This document shows positions 21,811-32,100 of a DNA stretch of 39,803 bases, one piece after another; position 1 is the first letter of the stretch, and the number at the start of each line of letters is the position of its first letter. This DNA is from Octopus bimaculoides (Eukaryota): positions 165,940,320-165,980,122 of the forward strand of contig NC_068981.1 in assembly GCF_001194135.2 (NCBI RefSeq), in the 5' to 3' direction. The notes below the pieces were generated by a model, which did not search any database, was not told where the DNA came from, and worked only from the letters and a program-made list of their open reading frames with translations. Both the position numbers and the translations under genes were made by a program.

Positions 21811-23474
21811 TAATAATGATACTAATAATGATAGTATATTTAGCAATATAATGTAACAATATGAAGGATGAAATTAAGTATCCTGGTTAATCTTCATGTT
21901 TCCAACTAAGTGGATGTTACGACCAAATAAGTTTACTCATTTTCAATACAACCATTGTATGGTATGATCCAGGATGTTTAGATGTATCTTACCAAGTAAG
22001 GTCATTTTTAACTATTAATCATACCTACTTCATTATCTGTGGTGTATTGGGTGGTGGAGTGTATTTTGCACCAGTTTATTTTAATGGATGAAAGCAGAGT
22101 AAAATGATTGTAAGTAAATATGAAAACAAAGGAAGGTAAAACTAATTGAATTTAACCAATATTGACTTAACACTTAGCTGATCTGGTGACAACAAATAAA
22201 ATGTTGTCAGCTACTTGTGAATATGGCTTTCCAGTGCAACTATCTTGAGTGTGTGTGTGTGTGTGTGTGTACCTGTGCATGCATGAGTGTGGAGGACATA
22301 CTGTACCCATCACCTTTTTCAAACCACCTGTAAATAGGAGGGAAAGTGAGAAATATATTCTCTAACTAGAGACTGGACCCAAATGTTTGCAGTAGAATGG
22401 TAGCCACTAAATGGACCCAAGGGCTTGATAGCAGGGTTAAACCTGGCAACATCTTAAGTCAGCTATAAAAGAAAGCTGTCTTAGGAATGTTCTGGCTGAT
22501 TGACAGTGATTTCACTTAAAAACATGCTACATTATTCTTATTTCTGCTCTAAATGCCATACGATATATTTTGCTTGAAGGCTGGCAGCAACAAAAGTGGG
22601 TGCGCTTAAACTTGTGCCTTAAATACAGAAGTTGAATACTTGAGCTAAATAAAAAAAATTTGATTTTCTGTACTTGTTTCTCATCAGAACTTTACAGCCA
22701 TTAGTTCATGTAGCATGCTGGTTGTTATGTCTCTTCTTCTCATTCTTAATGTCTCTCAAACTTCTCAAACCCAACACCAAATATTTTTCCTAGTTATTCC
22801 TCACCAGAACTGTAACTTGTATAATTCCCTTCTTGACCACGTTTCTCATATAAAATCAGCTTTAAAAGTTCCACTTGAATATCAACATCATTGATGCCAT
22901 CAGTCAAAAGGCCATGGGTGCTGCCCTTGTTCCACTAACTAAATAAAGTAATATTTGAGCAGTGATTTCACTCAATAAAAATCACCTAGGTAACCTTACA
23001 AGCTAATGATAGCATAAATATGTGAATGGAAATGAATGCTAATGCATTGTGTATCAGTATTGGTGATAGGACAATTAGGTCATTTATTGTTGTTAATAAG
23101 AAAATTTGAAAAGTTGAATGAGTAATGATGGGCTTGTCTGTGGAGTAAGTTTATAGCACATAGTATTCCAGTATATGACCATTCTGACTTCAATTCTGAC
23201 AGAATCTATCCAAAACTGCATTGTTCTGTATGTCCTTTATTTACGATATTAGGGTAGGGTTTGATCAAAATTTGATTTGTAATTGTATAGGGGAGATAGA
23301 TATAATATTGTTTATTTTTCCATTTGTTTTAAATCAATTTTTGAATTACAACATATTTGGAATGGTTTTCATAAACTTTCTTATTTGAATATTGTTGCAG
23401 TAATTGTTTACAATCCTTTAAAACAATCAAGTAACGTGTATCCTGTCTGTCATTCAGGTTGGGGCTCACTATAA

Positions 23475-23921
23475 CCCTTTAGTTACTTTGTTTCTGTTAA
23501 AATACACTGAATTTATGTCAATTAATTTTGAAAATAAGGCAGAATTTAGTAAAATAACTTCTGTCATTATGAAGATGGTGTTTGGAACATAAATTAACAT
23601 GGAATTCAATAGGAAACTTTAAATTTAGATTACTTTAACTCTTTATTGTTTAAACTGGCCATATCAAGCTCAAATATTCCAGATGTTTTATGTTCAAACT
23701 TGTCAAATTCATCCTCTTACACCTACTCTACAATGTCATTCTGAAACTAAACTAACACAACACTGAAATCTCAAAACTGCAAGATAATGCATGAGTAAAT
23801 CAAAACAATCAGAATAAATAAGCAGTACTTTTGACAGAATAATCTGAATGCTAAAGGGTTAAAATAAATAATTTGTATCATAGAATCAGGGCTGGTCTCA
23901 GGCAGGTTGGTATCAAAAGGG
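23475..23921 (+). mobile_element. piggyBac-type MITE (type A) with a nested type B element
   Basis: CCCTTTTAGTTAC at 23475 and GGTTGGTATCAAAAGGG|TTAA at 23921. The interior matches 14609-14830 on both sides of the insert. Confidence 0.75.
23639..23858 (+). mobile_element. piggyBac-type MITE (type B) nested in type A
   Basis: TTAA (23635-23638)|CTCTTTA...ATCTGAATGCTAAAGGG|TTAA (23859-23862). Confidence 0.82.
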
Positions 23922-24011
23922 TTAATATCAGTAGCAATTTCAAACGTTATATGAATTCATTCCAGTGCAATCTAGTTGTAGATCTGTGTCAGCATATTTG
24001 ATAATGAGTAG

Positions 24012-24407
24012 AGGCACAATGGCCCAGTGGTTAGGGCAGCGGACTCGCGGTCGTGGGATCATGGTTTCGATTCCCAGACCGGGCGTTGTGAGTGTTTATT
24101 GAGCGAAAACACCTAAAGTTCCACGAGGCTCCAGCAGGGGATGGTGGCGAACCCTGCTGTACTCTTTCACCACAACTTTCTCTCACCCTTTCTTCCTGTT
24201 TCTGTTGTACCTGTATTTCAAAGGACCAGCCTTGTCACATTCTGTGTCACTCTGAATCTCCCCGAGAACTATGTTAAGGGTGCACGTGTCTGTAGAGTGC
24301 TCAGCCACTTGTACGTTAATTTCATGAGCAGGTTGTTCTGTTGATCTGATCAACTGGAACCCTCAACGTCGTAAGCGACGGAATGCCAACCAACCAACCA
24401 ACCAACC
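24012..24407 (+). mobile_element. Full-length tRNA-derived SINE (family 4) with (CCAA)n tail and TSD
   Basis: A box TGGCCCAGTGG, B-box-like GGTTTCGATTCCC, tail (CAAC)n. Flanks ATTTGATAATGAGTAG (23996-24011) and ATTTGATAACGATAG (24408-24422) form an imperfect TSD. Confidence 0.9.
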
Positions 24408-24663
24408 ATTTGATAACGATAGCCAAAAGGTATACAAAAAGAAGTAAAAAGAACAAAGCAGAAGTACAAGTAATTCAAGAAATGATTCAACTTTTCAGAT
24501 TGTAGTTTTTCATTAAAAAAACTGTTCCTGGGAATAATCCAGAACTTGGAACCTTACAACCATTGTGTTTCTTCATATTTTATATATTTAATGTGTAACA
24601 ATTTTAAGTTATGAATTTAATAATTATATTTGTTTACAATGTGGGTTTTTTTTCTATTTGTAG

Positions 24664-24815
24664 GAAACTTGAGGCAGATGAAAAATCCCTTAAGGCTCTA
24701 CCTAACTATACGGGAACTCCTCCAACCCATTCAAGAAAGGGGTCTGGTTCCAGCTTATTGTCAAATTCCTCACTAAACAGCTACAGTAGTAACCATGTTG
24801 TTGAAGAAGAAATAG
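24664..24815 (+). CDS. EVI5: EVI5-family Rab-GAP gene, internal coding exon (phase 2 in, phase 1 out)
   Basis: Acceptor TTTTTTTCTATTTGTAG|G and donor ATAG|GTGTGT. Encodes (R)KLEADEKSLKALPNYTGTPPTHSRKGSGSSLLSNSSLNSYSSNHVVEEEI, matching from memory the EVI5 N-terminus (human RLLETDSKSLRSVNGSRRNSGSSLVSSSS; fly KLIESDAKSL..HSRKNS). Splices in frame to 35616. Confidence 0.85.
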
Positions 24816-25405
24816 GTGTGTATATCTTATCTGCTAATCTTATGGTATAAAATAATAAGCTGTTGTTTTGAAAGCCAACCATATCTCTTTAAAGTGGCTA
24901 AAAGCCAGCATTTTTGCAAGACCGTTTAAAATGGGGGAAAATAATAATAATAATAAAAGCAAGTACCATAAAGAAAACTCATTGCTTATAGTTGCTGTAT
25001 TCCTTTTACATTCACATCCAGAGATAGCTGGTATTTCCTTGTTACTATGTGTGCCAAATGACAAACCTTTGGTGAGTGATGAGATTCTGTAAGACCCATT
25101 AAAAACCCTGCTGGCTTTTAAAAACAGTTGGGAAATGATGAGGATGATAGTAGTGATGGTTTTGTTTATCTGTTGCTATTAACAAAAATATAAAGAAATA
25201 CCAAATAGACAAATGTGGGTGTATATATGAGTAACACTGTGCAGCTTCAGAGCATAATTTGTCCAAGATGTTTCAGGTAATCTGCAACATTAAGCAAATT
25301 TTAGAATGTTCTTCTGTGACCTAACAATGAACAAAGCAATTGTAACTCTTAATAAATATACACCTGCAAATAGGTCTAAATATTTTATGTGTGTGTTTAA
25401 TTATA

Positions 25406-25604
25406 TCAGGTCGTCCCATAAGTTCTGTCCGAATTTTGAATAAAGAAAACAAGTGATCAAATGTTTTATTTAATTGAAATTTAATCATCAATGTACTTTC
25501 CCTGATTATCTATGACTTCCTTCCATCTATTTACAAGCTTTTTAATCCCATCAATGTAAAACTCTTTTGGTTTCAAAGCGAAGAACTCTGAAATGTCTAG
25601 GGAC
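25406..25604 (-). mobile_element. Mariner 3'-end fragment with one TIR
   Basis: TA|TCAGGTCGTCCCATAAGTTCTGTCCG TIR-like end. Minus strand DISEFFALKPKEFYIDGIKKLVNRWKEVIDNQGKYIDD* (stop 25481-25483) is a typical mariner C-terminus. Confidence 0.85.
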
Positions 25605-25790
25605 TCACTTTGCATGAAAACCAGATAGTGAAGCTAGTACTAATATTTTATTACAGCAACCACAATATTTTAAATTAAATTATGTTACACTCTGTGAAGA
25701 AAAAAAATCATTAGCTTAATGGACAGTTCTGGTAACAATAGGTTTAATAAAGGAAAATTAAAATTATAAGGTCAGCAATTCCATATATAT

Positions 25791-25888
25791 NNNNNNNNNN
25801 NNNNNNNNNNNNNNNNNNNNNNNNNNNNNNNNNNNNNNNNNNNNNNNNNNNNNNNNNNNNNNNNNNNNNNNNNNNNNNNNNNNNNNNN
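25791..25888. other. Assembly gap (98 N)
   Basis: N run. Confidence 1.
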
Positions 25889-25963
25889 TATACTATCGCT
25901 CTCATTATAATTTGTACATATATATATAATATCGCTCACATTATAATTTGTACATATATATAT

Positions 25964-26114
25964 GTGGCGTTAGGAAGGGCATCCAGCTGTAGAAACTCTG
26001 CCAAATTTAGATTGGAGCCTGGTGTTGCCATCCGGTTTCACCAGTCCTCAGTCAAGTCGTCCAACCCATGCTAGCATGGAAAGTGGACGTTAAACGATGA
26101 TGATGATGATGATG
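25964..26114 (+). mobile_element. 5'-truncated family 3 tail
   Basis: GGCGTTAGGAAGGGCATCC...GTTGCCATCCGGTTTCACC...GGACGTTAAACGATGATG; shares diagnostic positions with the 11268-11512 copy. Confidence 0.9.
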
Positions 26115-26140
26115 AGGATATATAAATACACGCTCACACA

Positions 26141-26286
26141 ATGGGCTTCTTTCTACTTCTGTCTACCAAATCTACTCACAAGACTTCATTTAGCCTGGGC
26201 TTATAGTGGAAGAACTTGCCTAAGGTGTCACACATTGGGGCTGAACCGAAAAACCATGTACAAAATTCATAACCACAAAGCCATGC
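26141..26286 (-). mobile_element. SINE family 2 head, degenerate
   Basis: GGGCTTCTTTC...CTACCAAATCTACTCACAAG...CTTGCCTAAGGTG...ACCACAAAGCCATGC. Confidence 0.7.
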
Positions 26287-26481
26287 TTGTGTGTGTGTGT
26301 GTGGTTTATGTCTTAAGAATTTAGAAATTTCTAGAGAACATGAAATAATTCATTGTTTGTTTTTGTATCAGTTCAACTCAAAGTAGATAAAGGTATAAAA
26401 AAAATAGTGTATAAATATTGGGTTAAAGACCCTTTGGATAGAAGAAGCCCAATATGAAAATGCAATATTACATCCAAAAAT

Positions 26482-27619
26482 AAGGGTGATTTTTAAAAAA
26501 ATCAACAACTATCAACTAGATTATGGCTAGGAGATAAAGTTTATTTAATGAAGTTGCTCTCAGCTTCTACCACAACCTCCAAGACCTGGTGCATGTCCCA
26601 GAGAAGGTCTTTGAACACCTTGATCTTGGCTACAAGCTTGGCCTTGGCATTGCAGAGAAATTGTTAGTGCCTTTCTCAGTTGTGTCCCACATATTGCCAT
26701 CTATGGAATTACAGTCGGGGGAATTAGAATGCCAGAAATTGGGGCTGATGAAGTTATAGAAATTCTCCAACAACTGCTTCTGACTCTTTTTGAAGCTATA
26801 GCAAGGAACCAAATCCTGTTGCTACTCAAATGGCCTTCCAGCAGCAAACTCATCTGCTAGGAATTGACTACAGTCTCCAGCAGTTTCACATAGCTGTCTG
26901 GATTGAGCCTAAGACTTAAAAGCCATCACAATTTGGGAAAACTTGGTTTCATAATATGTGGGACATCACATGGAGTGTAGGCAAGCCAACTGTTGTCCGG
27001 GCCATTGTGCATCTAGTCCTGGCTGAAGTTCTTTCCATCTAAGAAGAACCAGACCATCCCTGGCTTGCTCAACAGTCTGCCTCAGTTTATTTAGGAGCTT
27101 CTTTAACTTAGTCAAATGGTTCTCCTTGGCCTTGACTGTCAGAATTTTCCCCTTGCGCATCTTGCACGAGTGATAGTGAAGGTCCTTATTCAGCCCCATT
27201 TTCATAGTGGTGACTTCAATTCCTGTCTCTTCACAAAAGCTGTCTCTTTCCTTGCTTGGGTCTTCTATCACCTTGTCCTGCAGTTGCTGGATGAAGTCCA
27301 GCATGCAGTGTTCCTTCTTGCTGGCTATGGCTTCATAATCTCCATTACAGCTGTCTTTATCATGTCTTACAACCATTACAGTGTTCACAGGGTATTGGGT
27401 GTCAGTCATGATGTTTGCATTTTGATATCCGGCACAAATCATCATGATGCAGGTAACTCAATGGCTTCCAGTCCTCCATGTTAGCTAACTTCTTCTAAAC
27501 TACAACTTTAATCTTCATACTCTCCAACATCTTTGACTGTTCACCAATACATGAAGCTGTTCCTGAGAAACAGGCAACATAAAAAAAAAAATCGTCCAGT
27601 TTAGCCCTAACACCCTGTA
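26482..27619 (-). mobile_element. Tc1/mariner-superfamily DD37D (maT-type) transposase relic
   Basis: Minus-strand triad remnants WFFLDGKNF (D at 27037-27039), *QQDLVPCYS (D at 26813-26815) and WHSNSPDCNSID (D at 26699-26701), with 37 residues between the last two. CACCCTGTA at 27611-27619 resembles a CAGGGTG terminus plus TA. The left terminus is poorly matched, so boundaries are uncertain. Confidence 0.78.
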
Positions 27620-27662
27620 CACTCATGTTTAAAGTCCTAGTTTCCTGTTCGCCTCACCAAAC

Positions 27663-27838
27663 CTCTTTTACTCTTTTACTTGTTTCAATCATTTGACTGC
27701 GGCCATGCTGGAGCAAATCGACCCCAGGACTTATTCTTTGTAAGCCTAGTACTTAATCTATTGATCTCTTTTGCCAAACCGTTAAGTTACGGGGATGTAA
27801 GCATACCAGCATCGGTTGTCAAGCAATGTTGGTGAGGA

Positions 27839-27879
<41 letters not shown>

Positions 27880-28074
27880 GACAGGCTTCTTTCAGTTTCT
27901 GTCTACCAAATATATACGACAAGCTTCTTTCAGTTTCTGTCTACCAAATCCACTCACAAGGCTTTGGTCAGCCCGAGGCTATAGTAGAAAACACTTGCCC
28001 AAGGTGCCACGCAGTGGGACTGAACCAAGAACCATGTGGTTCATAAGCACGCTACTTACCACACAGCCACTCCT
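27663..28074 (-). mobile_element. SINE family 2 composite, full length
   Basis: Tail TCTTTTACTTGTTTC, body, (CA)n/(TA)n, and head ending ACCACACAGCCACTCCT; collinear with 36456-36857. Confidence 0.9.
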
Positions 28075-28079
28075 AAACC

Positions 28080-28297
28080 TACACACACATATATACACAT
28101 GTATATGTATATACACACATATGTATATATATATGTATATACACAGATATGGACCACACACACACATATATATGTATGCACACACACACATTCACACATG
28201 CATGTGTACACATAAACACATGCATGTATACACACACACATATACATACATAATTTTGGGCTGGGTTGCATGCATGCACACACACACACATACACAC
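28080..28297. repeat. Compound CA/TA microsatellite
   Basis: Read directly. Confidence 0.9.
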
Positions 28298-28349
28298 AAG
28301 GGCTAGAAAGAACAGAAATTAAAATGGTTTTGTGGATGAACAGAGTATC

Positions 28350-28680
28350 ATTCAGAGAGAAGTAAACTAAAAATTGCAGAAGACGACGGAATCGGAATCG
28401 GGAATCGAGCCAGTGATGGATGCTGTAAAGTGCAATGGGATAAGATGACTGGGTCATGTGCTGAGGAACGATGAAGGTGATGGTGTGAGAAGAGTGGTGG
28501 AAATAAATGTGGAAGGAAGTAGATGAAGAAAGAGACCAAGAAAGCTGTGACTAATGATGACAGGAGGAGGAGCTGGAAGGTAAAGTGGTTGACAGCAGAG
28601 AATGGGGACGATAGGGCAATATGGAGAAGACTGTTATGATGGTAACCAGAAAGGCTAACCCAAGCTTTAACAGGGAAAGC
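28350..28680 (+). mobile_element. 3' end of a second RTE-type LINE family
   Basis: Remnants IEPVMDAVK...IR.LGHVLRNDEGDGVRRVVEINVEGSR.RKRPRK and AENGDDRAIWRRL (RTE C-terminal WLGHV / GRPR motifs). Confidence 0.7.
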
Positions 28681-28839
28681 CTATATGTATGTTCCTTTCC
28701 TAGTGGCGGACAATGCTACACTTTTGACTTTTCATTTGTCTATGTAACAATTCAGAACAAAAGTATTGTTTAATTATATTTATATTAAGTGGAATTTCTC
28801 ATTAGGTGATTTCAGAGTAAAAGTTTAGTTCATCCAGAA

Positions 28840-30027
28840 CAGTGATTCCCAAGGTGGGGCGTACGCCCCACTGGTGGGGCCTGAGAAAATTCAGGTGGGG
28901 CGCGGGGCATAGACGTGGGCTGTGAAAATATTTGTACATGACGAGCGGTCATCGCAGGCACAACCTTAGATTCCGTCTTTCCTTTGAAGCCTCCACATCG
29001 GAAACTCTCGCACCCCAGCGAGACAAAGAAGATCCCGCACTGAGCAATAAACTTACGCGCATCCCTATACATGTAGCATGAATCACTACTGGCAGTAAAT
29101 GATGCATGAAATTTTCATCGACAGGAACTGCTGGCATTACTATTCAGATAAGCCAATCAATTGCCTCAATTAGTTTATACTGAAGAGTGCGCGCATCTAA
29201 GCTTTGTTATAACCACCGGCAAAAAATAGTCTATAAATTGGGGTTATGGAATTATGGAAAAGAAATAGTCTATAAATTGGGGTTATGGAATTATGGAAAA
29301 GAAATTTCAGTGAACCTTACTGGTTGAGTAAATGTGAAATAACGAATGATGCTGGCATTGTAATTATTGATCATTTAAATATCTTGATAAAGGATTTCAA
29401 TGACAGATTTTGCGATTTAAAGGCAATGAATTTTCCTTCTTGGNNNNNNNNNNNNNNNNNNNNNNNNNNNNNNNNNNNNNNNNNNNNNNNNNNNNNNNNN
29501 NNNNNNNNNNNNNNNNNNNNNNNNNNNNNNNNNNNNNNNNNNNNNNNNNNNNNNNNNNNNNNNNNNNNNNNNNNNNNNNNNNNNNNNNNNNNNNNNNNNN
29601 NNNNNNNNNNNNNNNNNNNNNNNNNNNNNNNNNNNNNNNNNNNNNNNNNNNNNNNNNNNNNNNNNNNNNNNNNNNNNNNNNNNNNNNNNNNNNNNNNNNN
29701 NNNNNNNNNNNNNNNNNNNNNNNNNNNNNNNNNNNNNNNNNNNNNNNNNNNNNNNNNNNNNNNNNNNNNNNNNNNNNNNNNNNNNNNNNNNNNNNNNNNN
29801 NNNNNNNNNNNNNNNNNNNNNNNNNNNNNNNNNNNNNNNNNNNNNNNNNNNNNNNNNNNNNNNNNNNNNNNNNNNNNNNNNNNNNNNNNNNNNNNNNNNN
29901 NNNNNNTTTCAATTGTAAGTAGGCTCACATGTACTTGTAAATGTGAGTGGACATGGGAAAAGGTGGGACGTAAAAACTTTTGCTATGAAAAAGTGGGGCG
30001 CCGGGGAAAAAAGGTTGGGAAACACTG
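28840..30027 (+). mobile_element. Non-autonomous hAT (Charlie/Buster-like) element with perfect 8-bp TSD
   Basis: TSD ATCCAGAA at 28832-28839 and 30028-30035. TIRs CAGTGATTCCCAA / TTGGGAAACACTG. Coding remnant IIDHLNILIKDFNDRFCDLKAMNFPSW resembles the Buster/Charlie C-terminal region. Contains a 463-N gap. Confidence 0.92.
29444..29906. other. Assembly gap (463 N)
   Basis: N run. Confidence 1.
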
Positions 30028-30557
30028 ATCCAGAATTTCTATCAAGGAAATAAAACTGAAACGCACACACAACACACAACACACACAACACACAACACAC
30101 ACACACACACAAATCATCAGAACAGGATGCTAAACTTATTGTTGTAATTTCATAAAACAAGCACTGAATGTTTTAAGTGTATGTATGTATGTGAATACTT
30201 ACATACTTAATTATGAGAGAGTATATTTATGTACAAGATAGGGCATTTAAGCTACTCCAATTGTTGATAATAACTGCATGAAATAATTGGAATATATTTA
30301 GTTACACATAAAAAGCTCTGTGATACAGACTTGGTATAATGTCTGTCCAACGTAAGAAATCTCTTCCTATAAAGCGGTTAAACAGATACTTTAAAAAACA
30401 GCCTAATAAGAGTTCTGCACATTCTAATTTGGATTGGCTTAATGTAGAAGTGGGAAAAGATTTAACAGAAACATCCGAAGGTAACTGCCTTAACTGTCTT
30501 TGTTTTTTTGTGATTATGAATAATTATTTTGTTTTATAGTTCATTCAGTTTTTATAC

Positions 30558-30620
<63 letters not shown>

Positions 30621-30813
30621 TGGTATATTCTGTTAAGAATGTAGTAGAGTATAATATAAAGCCCTTCATATGTCACTCTGTGCTATCTAGTAGTAGTATT
30701 ATGCATACTTCCAGGTTTGCATTAGGACTTTTATGTGTAAATAAATAATTGAAAAAAATTGGAGTCAACAAGGAGTACGGCTCGACATTCATTTTCAATT
30801 GCTACAAAATTTT

Positions 30814-31147
30814 CTACACAGCGTAGTTCTCCAGGTGTGAGAGTATTTGATTATGCAACCATTTCCCTGCATTATGAGATCAAGTTGTGTTTCCTCAGGC
30901 AATATGTAAATATCATCTCCGTAAGTTCAAATTTTCAGCTTCAAGAGCATCTTTGTTGTAGCCTGCAGTTAGTAGCAGCCACTGAGTTTATCAAAAGATG
31001 TGGCTGCTGAAGGTCTGTTGGCAAACTGCTTTGAACTTATGGAGACAATATTTACATATTGCCTGAGGAAATACAACTAGATCTCATAATGCAGAGAAAC
31101 AGTTACATAATCAAGTACCTGCACACCTAGAGAGTTATGTTGCATAG
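30814..31147. repeat. Fold-back element: 118-bp inverted arms, 98-bp spacer
   Basis: 30814-30931 versus the reverse complement of 31030-31147 aligns without gaps at 98/118 (hand count). The spacer holds a further 9-bp IR AGCAGCCAC/GTGGCTGCT. Confidence 0.92.
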
Positions 31148-31211
31148 AAACAATTGAAGTGATTGGAAATAAATATCCAATGTATGTATGTATGTATGTA
31201 TGTATATATAT

Positions 31212-31407
31212 GGGAGAATTTACGAAAAAACAACAGACAAAGACAGGTGGTGTAAACAACAAATGGATGTATTAGTTTAACGCTCGGGAATAGAGAAAGT
31301 CTTTGATGTTTCGAGCTATGCTCTTCAACTGAAAGGAATACAGAAAGAAATAAGGAGAGAAACAAGGAGAAAAAAAATATAAATGTAGTGGTCAGCGATC
31401 TATCATG

Positions 31408-31410
<3 letters not shown>
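31212..31410 (-). mobile_element. ~200-bp (TA)n-flanked unit with a decayed hammerhead-like motif
   Basis: Microsatellite on both sides. Minus strand 31335-31301 reads CTTT CAGTTGA A GAGC-ATA-GCTC GAAAC ATC AAAG. Confidence 0.45.
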
Positions 31411-31449
<39 letters not shown>

Positions 31450-31464
31450 TATTATTACCTGCTG

Positions 31465-31938
31465 CAAACCTGTGACATAGAAGGCAACTGAGAATTCCTG
31501 TGGGACAGCTTGCTGAGTGCCTCAGACCAAATCTGTGGGTGGCGCAAAGTCCCAACCAGACCTAGAGTAATATGGTGGTAGAACGTTGCCATAGACATGG
31601 CCATTAGAGCAAAGAAACAGACCTGGAAGAGTGGAGGTAGCAGGAAGCTGTATCAGATAGCCAAAAGGGAAGTTAAGAGACAGGTATATCTAGCCAAGGG
31701 AGAAGCAGAAAAGAAGTTTGCCTATGTCTAGTGACATGAGGACCAAAGAATTGAAGTGTTCCAGATTGCAAGGCAATGTATGAGAGAAAATTGTGATGTC
31801 ATTGGAGAGAAATGTGTCTGCATGGATGATGGTGCATTTACATTTAATGATTCTGCAAAGAAAGAGACTTGGAAATACCATTATGAAAGACTGCTGAATA
31901 TAGAGAATGTTGACCCAATTGAGGGACCAGCTACCCAA
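31465..31938 (+). mobile_element. RTE LINE fragment (linker between endonuclease and RT)
   Basis: CDIEGN.EFLWDSLLSASDQICGW...RPRVIWW...AKREVKRQVYLAKGEAEKKFA...VFQIARQCMRENCDVIGEKCV..DDG...WKYHYERLLNIEN. Confidence 0.82.
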
Positions 31939-32100
31939 AGACATTTGTTTTGAGCTGCCAAGACTATTGCCTGGAATGTTTTTAATTTAATTAAGGAGTC
32001 ATTCTGATTCCAGAACGGTATGTTATGTTGGGCTATGGCCTCTAGGAGTAAAGTTGAAAATGTGCGACACACTGACATTCACATTTATTATATTATAGTA

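Noticed and set aside
22676-22687. CUGAUGA-GAAAC hammerhead core words on the minus strand
   Set aside because: No stem II between them and no stem I pairing; a chance match.
24012-24085. tRNA gene
   Set aside because: A and B boxes are present, but there is no complete cloverleaf; it continues into a SINE body, tail and TSD.
26966-27445. 159-aa ORF as a host gene
   Set aside because: It is the frameshifted N-terminal part of the DD37D transposase relic.
29285-30028. Long ORFs spanning N-gaps (also 11430-12000 and 36863-37567)
   Set aside because: Length is an artefact of translating Ns; only the short hAT and RTE remnants are real.
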